The notes: generated from the letters alone by a model not told the origin. A stretch of 63,661 nt of DNA, filler included, from Octopus bimaculoides (GCF_001194135.2; 9 parts of 8 records of this genome joined end to end with filler, not necessarily neighbours in it), one strand, 5' to 3'. Shown: positions 39,461 to 51,908, numbered from the whole stretch's first letter. A program made the numbers and translations.

Positions 39461-40218
39461 GTTGCTGTTACTTCCAGTATATTTTTAGAGAAAGATTGAG
39501 ATAAGGAGAGATAGGGAGAGCAGAAGAAAGAGAGGTGTAATTTGTATTAATCTATGCGTGCGCAGATGGGAAAGGTATTAGTATATATTTAGAGATAGAC
39601 TGAGATAAGGAGAGATAGGGAGAAAGGAAGAAAGAGAGATGTAAGTTGTGTTGATCTATGGATGCACAGATGGGAGAGGTATTACTTGGGGTAGGGAAGA
39701 AAGATATGTGTCTTTGAGTATATTGCTATAACCTTTCTATAGGCATATTGCCATATACAGACATACTCAATAGATAAATATACAGAAAGAGAGAGGGATA
39801 GAGAGAGAAAGAGCGTGTGTGTGCGCGTGCTAGAGAGAGAGAGTGTGTGTGCATGCGTGTGTGTGTGCGTGCTACACAGAGAGAGAGACATAGAGGAGAG
39901 TGAAATCAAGAGGAATTGGGAAATTAATCAATCAATCACAGATTAAATCGAAGGGTATAACAGTGCAGTCTTATGTTCTGGGCTTGTGAGTGTAAATAAA
40001 CATGGAATTTACTTCTTTTCGTAAAATTTCAGTTGACAGAAAAATTAATCCAAAGCGTAGAGTCTAAAATGATTTATATATAAAGACACATGTAGTTAAA
40101 TATTTAATTTAACAATTAATTCAGTACTCAACTACTGTTTTCCTGGAAATCTACAGACCCCTTTCTGTTTATAGTTTCCAACGAGATTTCCAGGACAGAA
40201 AACACGTGCAATCATCAA

Positions 40219-40230
40219 GTCGCCATCTTG
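40219..40230 (-). promoter_or_regulatory. YY1 motif with adjacent E-box, candidate TSS region
   Basis: GTCGCCATCTTG (CAAGATGGCGAC on minus); CACGTG at 40203-40208; unique sequence. Confidence 0.35.
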
Positions 40231-41488
40231 AATATCATATATATGTATACATATATGTATGTGTGTGTGTGTGTGTGTGTGTGTGCGTATATCTGCGCTT
40301 GTGTGTGTCTCTCTCTCTCTATATATATATAATTACTTTGCTAAATGATTTTCTACTATTTGAAAATAATATGTATTCTTGTTTTTTATATTATTCATTT
40401 GGTTTTTTTAAAGATTATTTTTAATAGATAACTTATTTAACACTAAATTATTTAGAAGTTAGAGTATCATTTCAACATAATATAAGACTTCGATTTGAAT
40501 AGTGTTGATATATTTTCGATTTTTGATTAATAATATTTGTCTTTATTGTTTATAATATCGTTAAAGGTTTTTTTTATTAAAACTTAGTATANNNNNNNNN
40601 NNNNNNNNNNNNNNNNNNNNNNNNNNNNNNNNNNNNNNNNNNNNNNNNNNNNNNNNNNNNNNNNNNNNNNNNNNNNNNNNNNNNNNNNNNNNNNNNNNNN
40701 NNNNNNNNNNNNNNNNNNNNNNNNNNNNNNNNNNNNNNNNNNNNNNNNNNNNNNNNNNNNNNNNNNNNNNNNNNNNNNNNNNNNNNNNNNNNNNNNNNNN
40801 NNNNNNNNNNNNNNNNNNNNNNNNNNNNNNNNNNNNNNNNNNNNNNNNNNNNNNNNNNNNNNNNNNNNNNNNNNNNNNNNNNNNNNNNNNNNNNNNNNNN
40901 NNNNNNNNNNNNNNNNNNNNNNNNNNNNNNNNNNNNNNNNNNNNNNNNNNNNNNNNNNNNNNNNNNNNNNNNNNNNNNNNNNNNNNNNNNNNNNNNNNNN
41001 NNNNNNNNNNNNNNNNNNNNNNNNNNNNNNNNNNNNNNNNNNNNNNNNNNNNNNNNNNNNNNNNNNNNNNNNNNNNNNNNNNNNNNNNNNNNNNNNNNNN
41101 NNNNNNNNNNNNNNNNNNNNNNNNNNNNNNNNNNNNNNNNNNNNNNNNNNNNNNNNNNNNNNNNNNNNNNNNNNNNNNNNNNNNNNNNNNNNNNNNNNNN
41201 NNNNNNNNNNNNNNNNNNNNNNNNNNNNNNNNNNNNNNNNNNNNNNNNNNNNNNNNNNNNNNNNNNNNNNNNNNNNNNNNNNNNNNNNNNNNNNNNNNNN
41301 NNNNNNNNNNNNNNNNNNNNNNNNNNNNNNNNNNNNNNNNNNNNNNNNNNNNNNNNNNNNNNNNNNNNNNNNNNNNNNNNNNNNNNNNNNNNNNNNNNNN
41401 NNNNNNNNNNNNNNNNNNNNNNNNNNNNNNNNNNNNNNNNNNNNNNNNNNNNNNNNNNNNNNNNNNNNNNNNNNNNNNNNNNNNNNNN

Positions 41489-42112
41489 ATGTATCACACT
41501 GCTTTCTGTGCTTATAGTTGGTACTATTGTGGTCATGTGATCGAAGTTTGAGCCCCCAATTGTACCAATTTTCTTTCTGCCTTTACAGTGTAAGCATGGC
41601 TGCAAAACTAGTAATGTGCACCAAAGAAGAACAAAGAGTAGTGATCCGATTTCTCTGGAAAAGAGGTGTACGATCAGCTGTGCAAGTGACAGTGTTTTGC
41701 TGGCCAACAAACTGAAGCCAGCAATTCGCACCAAATGCAGAAGCCTATTGTCAAAGAAAGTTTTGCTGTTGCATGACAATGCTCGCCCACACAGGGCCAC
41801 CCAGACCGTTGATGCCATTAATCAATTGAGTTTTAAGGTGCTGGATCTTACCCCTTCTGGCAATCATATCCTTGGACAACTCAAAGATATTTTATGAGGT
41901 CGTCGATTTCTACGGATGAACATGTGAAGGAAGCAGTGTATAAATGGTTGCAAATCTAACTGAAAATGTTCTTCTGGGAGGGAATACGCAAGCTTGTGGA
42001 CCACTGGACCAAGTGCATCACAAAGCAAGGAGACTATATAGAAAAATGACATCCCTGAATTTGGGTAAATGCATTGAAAAAACAAGAGTGCATATCATTT
42101 TTGACTCTCCCT
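41489..42112 (+). mobile_element. Internally deleted mariner
   Basis: CTKEEQRVVIRFLW and LLLHDNARPHRATQTV; 3' TIR-like ttttgactctccctt. Confidence 0.8.
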
Positions 42113-42119
42113 TGAATGT

Positions 42120-42184
<65 letters not shown>

Positions 42185-42212
42185 TGTATGTATGTATATA
42201 TATATATATATA

Positions 42213-42469
42213 CTGTTGTGTCTGGGGAGAGTCATTTTCTTTTCGTGCCTTAAAATTTAACACACTCACCGTTAAAATTTCCACTTATTATTTTTATTTT
42301 CCTAAAATTTTCGTTGCGTCTTGCAACCTTTTGAGAGTCAAAACTATTGAAAAGGTTGCAAGACGCAACGAAAATTTTAGGAAAATAAAAATAATAAGTG
42401 GAAATTTTAACGTTGAGTGTGTTAAATTTCAAGGCACGAAAAGAAAATGACTCTCCCCAGACAGAACAG
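42213..42469. mobile_element. Near-perfect palindromic MITE-like element
   Basis: 114-bp arms (42219-42332 and 42350-42463) with 2 mismatches and a 17-nt spacer. Confidence 0.9.
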
Positions 42470-42556
42470 AATATGCTTCAACACACGAAATCACATAAAA
42501 AATCTTGCAAACCAAATCCCAAAACGAAATATATATATACACACACACACATATAT

Positions 42557-43620
42557 TTAAATTAAGTAGAAAATGGAGAAATTTTGATCAACAACAATTG
42601 ACCAACATCAATTATCATTTTTTAATAGAATATTTTATCCCATCTAACAGCCGTTTCTACTTCAAATGTCCTTCGGTGTTGCCATTGAAAATTCTGAGAA
42701 TAATATTCGTCATATTTTGTAACACATTCGATCTGGAACATGGAGCTTCATCAGAGTGAAGAAAAATACATAAAAGAAAAGAAAAGAGGAAGAGCCTTAA
42801 GAAGAAGAATGAAGGCTTAATATATTTAAATCATACCATTTTGCAGTGTAATACTTTGGGACATTGAGTAAATGACTGAACTAGAAATATTAATTGGTGG
42901 GTTATATTAGGAGTGACTATGTGGTAAGTAGCTTGCTTACCAACCACATGATTCTGGGTTCAGTCCCACTGCGCGACACCTTGGGCAAGTGTCTTCTACT
43001 ATAGCCTCTGGCCGACCAAAGCCTTAGGAGTAACAAGGTGTAAAAATGATAAAAAAGTAAAATAAATACTTTACCATAACAGGATACGCCAATAGGTCTA
43101 GAAAAAGAGGGAGTGATAGTGCCATAACGTTTAGAAATAATCATAATCGTTCTTAAGTTTATATTAATAGTACTAATTAATAGTTTATCCAAATACAATG
43201 CCCATCAATTAATTACATTTATTTACTTACTGATATATTGTAAAGACCAACCACCTATTGTTCGTAATGGGATTAACCAAAGTCCAGCTTTCAATATAAT
43301 TGGTCAGTTAAATTAAAAAACAAAGGGCAAGTTATTAAGACCAGTATGAGTAGATGTAAATAGAAAAATAAATATTAATCCTTCATTCTTCTTCTCGAGG
43401 CTCTTCTTTTCTTTACTTCTATTTATTTTTCTTCACTCCATGTTCCCGATCAGATGTGTTACAAAATATTACGAATATGATTCTTAGAATTTTCAATGGC
43501 AACACCATAGGATATTGGAAACGGCTGTAATATGGAATAAAGTTTTGTATTAAAAAATAATATTCGACGTTAGTCAAATATTGTTGCTCAAGATTTCTCC
43601 ATTTTCTGCTTAATTTAAAT
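42557..43620. repeat. Inverted repeat, about 250-bp diverged arms, about 560-bp spacer
   Basis: 42557-42817 versus the reverse complement of 43378-43620. Both arms translate to FKLSRKWRN..VLPLKILRIIFVIFCNT on opposite strands. Confidence 0.85.
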
Positions 43621-43789
43621 TTGATTCCTGATAAACTCTTGTTTATCTTTGTCATTGCCCATATCCTATGAGCATAATATGCTTACGTATGTATGCTCAG
43701 GGTTAACATAGGTAATTTATACCGGTAATAAAACGGATATTCTTATTCCTGAGATGGTTATTCCAACCGCTGACTTCACTAACCTTATA

Positions 43790-44209
43790 TTAGGAGTGGT
43801 TGTGTGGTAAGTAGCTTGCTTACCAACCACATGGTTCTGGGTTCAGTCCCACTGCGTGGAACCTTGAGCAAGTGTCTTCTACTATAGCCACGGGCCGACC
43901 AAAGCCTTGTGAGTGGATTTGGTAGACGGAAATTGAAAGAAGCCCGTCTTATATATTTATATCTATATATATATATATATGTATGTGTGTGCATATGTTT
44001 GCGTGTCTGTGTTTGTCCCCCGACATCGCTTGACAACCGATGCTGGTGTATTACATCCCCGTAACTTAGTAGTTCGGCAAAAGAGACCGATAGAAAAAGT
44101 ACTAGGCTTACAAGGAATAAGTCCTGGGGTCGACATCTTCGACTAAAGGTGGTGCTCCAGCATGGCCACAGTCTCAAATGACTGAAACAAGTAAGAGAGT
44201 AAAAAGAGT
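43790..44209 (+). mobile_element. Full-length tRNA-derived SINE, family D
   Basis: Head ggagtggttgtgtggtaagtagcttgc..ggttcagtccc, central (AT)/(GT) tract, tail gactgaaacaagtaagagag. Partial copies at about 42905, 52990, 58590, 59900, 60690, 61700 and 63620. Confidence 0.85.
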
Positions 44210-44230
44210 ATATATATATATATATATATA

Positions 44231-44735
44231 TATCATCATCATCATCGTTTGACGTCCACTTTCCATGCTAGCATGGGTTTGACGATTTGACTGAGGACTG
44301 GTGAACCAGGCTCCAATCTGATTTGGCAGAGTTTCTACAGCTGGATGCCCTTCCTAACGCCAACCACTCAGAGAGTGTAGTGGGTGCTTTTACGTGCCAC
44401 CGGCACGAAATGACAGTTAGTGCTCTGGCAACGATCACGCTCGGATGGTGCTCTTAGTGATTGACTGGTACAGGTGCCATCATGATTTCGCTTTCACTTG
44501 CCCCAACAGGTCTTTACAAGCCGAGTTTAGTGTTCAATGAAGACGTTGGCATGGGTGCCAGTCTACAAATTTTGTTCGATTTCGATCTCACTTGCCTCAA
44601 CAGGTCTTCGCAAGCGGAGTTTAGTGTGCAAAGAAGGAATGTTACGCATAAGTGGGCTGGCTACATCCCTGGTAGAGGCCTTGGATTTTGGTCTATCCCT
44701 GGCAGAGGCCTTGGAGTTTGGTCTCACTTGGCTTG
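44231..44735 (-). mobile_element. RTE LINE 3' end
   Basis: (ATC)n plus gtttgacgtccactttccatgctagcatgggtttgacg. Confidence 0.8.
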
Positions 44736-44835
44736 NNNNNNNNNNNNNNNNNNNNNNNNNNNNNNNNNNNNNNNNNNNNTTAATTAATTAANNNNNNNNN
44801 NNNNNNNNNNNNNNNNNNNNNNNNNNNNNNNNNNN

Positions 44836-44866
<31 letters not shown>

Positions 44867-44927
44867 TAATAAATCATATGGTACTGGTAAAGTACATTCA
44901 CTTTCACAGTGTTCATTGGTTATTTGG

Positions 44928-46032
44928 TTAATGAGAGAGCTGAAAGATGGAAGATATGAGAATGTTTATTGATCACTACAATTGTTTCAACTAATCTAGC
45001 ATTGATCCCTCACAGGTGGGATGCTTAACAATGGGTTTAGGAGTATCTGTTGGTGTAGATGTGTCTCTTCAGGAGATTACAAGATGTATCGCATTAAAAT
45101 AATGACTATTCCGCAAGATAACTTTTCAATTTGTGCAGAAGCAAATTAAGGGATACAGCTTCATTTTTATAGAAGATCAATAATAAATATCAGATGCAAA
45201 ATACAGCAAAAATGGTATTAAATATAACAGATATGGATGTATAAATGTCTTTGCTTATGTTGTATGGTGCGCATACACTTGCTCATACAAACTTCCATGA
45301 AGATATAAGCATACACACATGCATAGTTTGGTGCACATTTGCTCACACAGTGAATTAAATAGCTACTTAGTATTATAATAATGGGGAAGTTACAGTTGAA
45401 TTTAATTCATCCATACCTTAAGGTAAATTATGATTATCAATTTGGTTAATGATTACTTAAATTCATTCCCACTGCAGTGTGCAAAAGTGCATTTATAAGC
45501 ATGTAAGCATCTTGACAGTCTTTCAGAAATCCTATTAATGATCTTCACGTTGGTCCACAGCATAGACAGGGATTCCTTGGAGCAGAGTCTGCATCTCCTG
45601 GAAAAAATATTATATGGTTGCTCATGCCTTATTATGGACCAATTAAATCATATTTAATTTTATCTTCCTTAAGTCACCACACAAAATCAGCCAAAGATGT
45701 TGAATGCCTCTTGTTGATTTTCTTGAAGCTGGCGACATGGTTGCAGTAAGGGTTCTTGAATGAATCAGCTGTTGTCCCAATGTAAACATATGGTCCTCCC
45801 CTTGTGTGTATGATACATTTAGGTTCATACTCATACAGAGGTACAAAAATGCACATTTTGATTTTTCTCTAGATGGGCATTTATTAGATTTAGTTGTATA
45901 TGTGGCAGTTCTGACTTCATTTTCTGATGCTGTTACTGTGTTGACTATATCACTATTATTGCTTCTGTTGCAATGTGGTTGCAGCAAGTGTTTCCCTTTT
46001 TGGTATTTTGATATAAATATTTGCTGTTTTTC
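44928..46032 (-). mobile_element. Penelope-like element 3' part: GIY-YIG endonuclease remnant and terminal repeat
   Basis: Minus frames YVYIGTTADSFKNPYCNHVASF..RHSTSLADFVW and RRCRLCSKE; terminal repeat at 44928-45078. Confidence 0.8.
44972..45077 (-). ncRNA. Type I hammerhead ribozyme in Penelope terminal repeat, copy A
   Basis: Minus: AUCUC-CUGAAGA-GACACAUCUA...UAGAUUAGUU-GAAAC-AAUU-GUA|GUGAU. Core intact, stems I, II and III assignable; predicted cut between 44977 and 44976. Confidence 0.7.
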
Positions 46033-46034
46033 TA

Positions 46035-47302
46035 TTAGGTTGTCAAGAAAGTTCTTGCAGAATTTTTAATTTTGGTTTTAAATGATATATTTTCAAATTA
46101 ATTTTCAGTAAATTACTTTGACTTTATATATCATTTTAAAGCACGTTCTTCACTCTATCTAAGCATGTTACTCTTTTTCTTTTTGAATAATTAGGCCATT
46201 TTTTCTGGAACGTTGAATACAACATGGACAAAAAGCAAATTTGCACAATTTTCTTATTCCAGGTCAAGCTAGGCAGAAAAGCTACTGGAAAAGCTTGCAA
46301 TATCAACGATGTGTTTGGCCCAGGAACCACTAATGAATGTACAGCACAATGGTGGTTCAAGAAATTTTGTAGTGGTGACAAGAGTCTTGAAGATGATAAG
46401 TGTAGTGGTTGGCCATCGGATGTTGACAACGATCAACTAAGAGCCTTAGTGGGAGTCAATCCATGTACAACTGTTTGAGAGCTTGCTTCTGAATTAGACA
46501 ATTTCCAACCACTTGAAAAGGATTGGAAAAACAAAAATACTTGAGAAATGGGTGCAGCGCGAATTGAATGACAACCCCCAAAAAACGCCATTTTGAAGTG
46601 TCGTCTTCCCTTCTTTTAGGCAACAAGAGCAACCCATTTCTTCACCAGATTGTGACTTGCGATGAAAAGTGGATTCTTCATGACAACCAGCGATGCTCAG
46701 TGGTTGGATGCTGATGAAGCTCCATGGCACTTCCTGAAGCCAAAGTTGCACCAAAAGAAGGTCATGGTGATTGTTTGGAGGTCTACGGCCAGTCTCATCC
46801 ATCACAGCTTTTTGGATGCAGGCGAAACCATTACGGCAGAGAAGTACTGTCAGCAAAAGGATGATATGCATAAGAAACTCCAACAACAACAGCCAGCATT
46901 GGTCAATAGAAAAGGACCGATTCTTCTCTACAACAACACTCGGCCACACATCGCACAACTGACCCTGCAGAAGTTGAATGAATTGGGCTACGAAACTCTG
47001 CCTCATCTGCCATACTCACCAGACCTCTTGCCTACTGACTACCACTTTTTCAAGCATCTCGACAACCTCCTGCATGAGAAATTCTTCAAAAACCAAGACG
47101 ATGCCAAACACGCCTTCAACAACTTCATCGCCACCAGAACGCAGGATTTTTACACTATTGGCATAAATAAATTTGTTTCACGTTGGCAAAAGTATGTTGA
47201 TTCTGATGGTGTTTATTTCGATTGATAAAGTTTTGTTTGAGCCAAGATGTGTGCATCTGAATTTAAAGGTTAAAAATCGCAAGAACTTTCTTGACAACCT
47301 AA
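46035..47302 (+). mobile_element. Full-length (1268 bp) Hsmar1-like mariner with TA target duplication; transposase pseudogenised
   Basis: TIRs ttaggttgtcaagaaagttcttgc and gcaagaactttcttgacaacctaa with TA at 46033-34 and 47303-04. MDKKQICTIFLFQ..QWWFKKFCSGD, VTCDEKWI, YSPDLLPTDYHFF. Confidence 0.95.
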
Positions 47303-47520
47303 TATTTGTCAAGCTGGAAGTTGTTCACCTGTCATGAGTTATAGTTCCAGTAGCTGGGTTATTCAACAGTTAGTTCACTACACTGTTATTAATGCAGTGC
47401 ATATGCTGCTCTAGATTAATAGAGTTAGCATACAATACCATCACTGTGTGTCTATGAAAACTATCATGGTATCTATTTGATTTTGGGAAACATTTGTCTA
47501 AAGCAGCAAAAAATTTCAAA

Positions 47521-47625
47521 ATCACCTGAAGAGACACATCTACACAGACAGATATTGCTAAGCCAGTTGTTAAGTATCCACCTGTGAGGGATTGATGCTA
47601 GATGGGTTGAAACAATTGTAGTAGT
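47521..47625 (+). ncRNA. Type I hammerhead ribozyme in Penelope terminal repeat, copy B
   Basis: AUCAC-CUGAAGA(47526-32)-GACACAUCUA...UAGAUGGGUU-GAAAC(47609-13)-AAUU-GUA|GUAGU; predicted cut after 47620. Confidence 0.7.
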
Positions 47626-48174
47626 CAATAAACATTCTCGTATCTTCTATCTTCTGTGTCTCTCATTAATCAAAAGCTTTTAATCATGTAATATTCAATA
47701 AATACATGTGCCCATATTTGTTTAGCTATTACTTCCACATATACTCTATCATACATTTAGCATACCTCTAATTTAATTACTCCTTACATTCAATTCCATA
47801 TGTTCAATATCTTATACTTACCCACTTGTAATGAGGATAATAAGCCTTGTTTTGATTTAATATATACTATGTACTCCTACTCAGATGATAATTTATTTCA
47901 TTTATAAATTCAGTGTGGAACAGTTTTATCATGACCACAATATGCTTAGGAAAGGACTTATGAACTTTTTTGTTATATATTAAAGTACCTCATTATTGGA
48001 TTTCGGTTCAATTTCTATCCTTTTCCTATATATTGATCAAAAATTCTTTTCTAAATTTAATATAATAAATTTGCTAAGTTATGAATTACTACATCCCGTA
48101 TCCCTCAATTCTAATTCCCACCTTTTGGGCTTATCTTTACCTGTTTTGTTTTTCACTATATTTATTCCATGGAA

Positions 48175-48385
48175 GACATGGAGGACTGTGGTCAAGGAAG
48201 GAATTGCTTCACTAGAGAGCAGCTACAGAAACAAACAAGTTGAGAAGCGTCAGCAGCGAAAAGAAAACAACAGAAATGCAGAGCGCCGAGCCACCCTCTT
48301 GGTACACAAGTACTGTGACAGAAGCTGCACTTCAATCATAAGAAGAATCAGCCATAAAAGAAGCTGCAAGAAAAGGAGCCCCTGA
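48175..48385 (+). mobile_element. RTE/BovB-like LINE 3' end
   Basis: WRTVVKEGIASLE..KRQQRKE..YCDRSCTSIIRRISHKRSC. Confidence 0.6.
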
Positions 48386-49239
48386 TATGTTTGATTAAGT
48401 GACCTCTAAGCTAAATTGACCATCTGCATGGATGAAAGGGCCAATTATAATTATTATGTTTATTCCCCTTTTATTTGATAATCTAAATAAGTACTAGCCA
48501 CCCCTATCTTTCCTTCTTCTAGTTATCACCTCTTCCCCACCAGTCGTTCTCTCACATATCCTTTTATGTAGATAAAGCTAGATATGTAGTTTCAGTAAAA
48601 TAAGGGTTTGGGAGGTTGTCTGACATTAATCAATTTATCTCCTTCAACAGGAACATAGCTGACAACCACCAATTTATTTAATTCTAAATGGTCATGGACT
48701 ATATGCTGCATAAAATCTTATAAATAAAATTTAAAATAAATATAAATAACTATCTCACCACTCTTACATCTTAACCCCCACTATTTTCCTCTGCTACTCT
48801 CTAAATTATAGTAGGCTTAATAAAATATGCATTATTCTCAAAATTCATTCTGCCACAAATATAACATAAGGAAACAATGTAATTATTTAGGTTTCTAGTA
48901 CTGATTTAAATTTGCTAAAAATGCTTTATCTTTGGTATTGGAAATCTATATGGTCATCTACTTTTGAGGAGAGCGATTTCCTTCAAATTGGTGTAATATT
49001 TTCATTGATCGAGTAAATGGAGCCGCTTGAAATGGCCATAATGCATTGATACTTGGACATCCTTGTTACTTATTTATATATATNNNNNNNNNNNNNNNNN
49101 NNNNNNNNNNNNNNNNNNNNNNNNNNNTTAATTAATTAANNNNNNNNNNNNNNNNNNNNNNNNNNNNNNNNNNNNNNNNNNNNGTGTGTGTGTGTGTGTG
49201 TGTGTATGTATGCATGTATGTATGTATATATATATATAC

Positions 49240-49800
49240 ATAATAACTTCGAAGTGTCTATTAACTATGTTTTCTCTAGGTGTGATGGTCACCAAGGTTT
49301 CTTCTCGACATAAGTTTCGCATGCACATCCGCGATGTTCTGCTGTAAGGTGCCGTACTTTTTTTTATATAATACACCAGTGGTTTGTGTGCTCTACTCTA
49401 CTCTGTTAGAACCGACAGATTAGGTTACAAAGTGATGTGGAGTGCCTTTTGTCTACATTCGAAAATGACGTAAGACGGTTGCGCAGACGATTTTTCATGG
49501 TATCTCCGTACCACCAATGTACACGTACGCCTTCACCTCACATTTGTAATCCACATTCTTTATCATGCCGTCGTTGTTAAACCTGCAATACTCTTTTCGT
49601 GTGCAATTACATGCTACATTTTTTTCCGATTCTGTAAACGGAGTTATTACTAGTGGACACCCTTGGTCTTCCTCCTGTAACCATGTTCTCATTTTCCTTT
49701 GGAATGGATCAGATTGCCAATTGTATGAGGTTGTTTGGACCCGTTTTTGTTATTGGTGTTACGTGTGTGGGTGTGTAAACGTCCGACGAACGGGAACGTG
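49240..49800 (-). mobile_element. Penelope-like GIY-YIG remnant
   Basis: ACNCTRKEYC..KNVDYKCEVKAYVYIGGTE, followed by FSNVDKRHS and a CMRNLCREE segment. Confidence 0.75.
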
Positions 49801-49847
49801 AAACTGTGAGTAACAGTTTTTTGTGATATTTTTGCTGCTTTTTAATA

Positions 49848-49889
<42 letters not shown>

Positions 49890-51181
49890 ATATATATGTA
49901 TGTATGTATATTTATAAACATATATTTTTATATACATAACATACATTGTTACATACAACTATGAATATATACACGGATGAATATACGTGCCAGTGCGTAG
50001 GTGTCCGGATATGTTATATATATATATATATATANNNNNNNNNNNNNNNNNNNNNNNNNNNNNNNNNNNNNNNNNNNNNNNNNNNNNNNNNNNNNNNNNN
50101 NNNNNNNNNNNNNNNNNNNNNNNNNNNNNNNNNNNNNNNNNNNNNNNNNNNNNNNNNNNNNNNNNNNNNNNNNNNNNNNNNNNNNNNNNNNNNNNNNNNN
50201 NNNNNNNNNNNNNNNNNNNNNNNNNNNNNNNNNNNNNNNNNNNNNNNNNNNNNNNNNNNNNNNNNNNNNNNNNNNNNNNNNNNNNNNNNNNNNNNNNNNN
50301 NNNNNNNNNNNNNNNNNNNNNNNNNNNNNNNNNNNNNNNNNNNNNNNNNNNNNNNNNNNNNNNNNNNNNNNNNNNNNNNNNNNNNNNNNNNNNNNNNNNN
50401 NNNNNNNNNNNNNNNNNNNNNNNNNNNNNNNNNNNNNNNNNNNNNNNNNNNNNNNNNNNNNNNNNNNNNNNNNNNNNNNNNNNNNNNNNNNNNNNNNNNN
50501 NNNNNNNNNNNNNNNNNNNNNNNNNNNNNNNNNNNNNNNNNNNNNNNNNNNNNNNNNNNNNNNNNNNNNNNNNNNNNNNNNNNNNNNNNNNNNNNNNNNN
50601 NNNNNNNNNNNNNNNNNNNNNNNNNNNNNNNNNNNNNNNNNNNNNNNNNNNNNNNNNNNNNNNNNNNNNNNNNNNNNNNNNNNNNNNNNNNNNNNNNNNN
50701 NNNNNNNNNNNNNNNNNNNNNNNNNNNNNNNNNNNNNNNNNNNNNNNNNNNNNNNNNNNNNNNNNNNNNNNNNNNNNNNNNNNNNNNNNNNNNNNNNNNN
50801 NNNNNNNNNNNNNNNNNNNNNNNNNNNNNNNNNNNNNNNNNNNNNNNNNNNNNNNNNNNNNNNNNNNNNNNNNNNNNNNNNNNNNNNNNNNNNNNNNNNN
50901 NNNNNNNNNNNNNNNNNNNNNNNNNNNNNNNNNNNNNNNNNNNNNNNNNNNNNNNNNNNNNNNNNNNNNNNNNNNNNNNNNNNNNNNNNNNNNNNNNNNN
51001 NNNNNNNTATATGTATGTATATACATATAAATATACATACAATATATGTATGTGTGTGACGAAAGAACTCTGGCCGAAATAAGATTAAGATTAATGTAAT
51101 ATAAAGCTGAAGCAAATTAACACCAAATATACAGTGCGTGTGTTTTTATTGGCTAAACTGGCAATATGACCGTCCCCAAGT

Positions 51182-51223
<42 letters not shown>

Positions 51224-51858
51224 GAATAGATAGATAGATAGATAGATACACATTCATATATACACATACACATATGTATAAATATGGGGAGGGTGTATGT
51301 GTATGTGTGTGTATATGCAAGTGTGTGTGTGTCTACAAAGACACACACACACCCTTACATGCATGTAAATACCCATGACAATAAGCACGCTAAAGCATTA
51401 TCTAGCAATCACTAACGCACCCACTGACTGGTTCACTAACATCTACTCACACACACACACAACACTCCCTCTTTTCTCTCTCTCTCTCTCTCTCTCTCCC
51501 TCTCCCTCTCCCTCTCTCTCCCTCTCTCGATTTTTCTCCTCCCCTCACACTCACTCTTCTTTCTATTCATCAAGTGTATGGCTTACGTTTTCCCTCTCTA
51601 AATCCCTCTTTGCTACTCCGTCCTTTACTCGCTACCCCTCAGTATGCTATTCACCATCCACTCACACCACCACCCGCTCTATCACCATATAACCCCACCC
51701 AGTCTCTCCTTCCACCCATTTCTATTTTATTTTTAACTCCTCCTACTTTTGTTTCTTTCTTAAACTTCATTTATTATCAACAAGCTACGCCATTACTAAA
51801 CATTACTAGTTGCTCTTCAATGCTTTTCACTCTCCCTCTCTCTCTCCCCTATCTCACT

Positions 51859-51908
<50 letters not shown>

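Noticed and set aside
2775-51115. Long ORF-track entries full of X, and YIYIYI/CVCVCV/THTHTH peptides
   Set aside because: They are read-throughs of N gaps and dinucleotide microsatellites, not genes.
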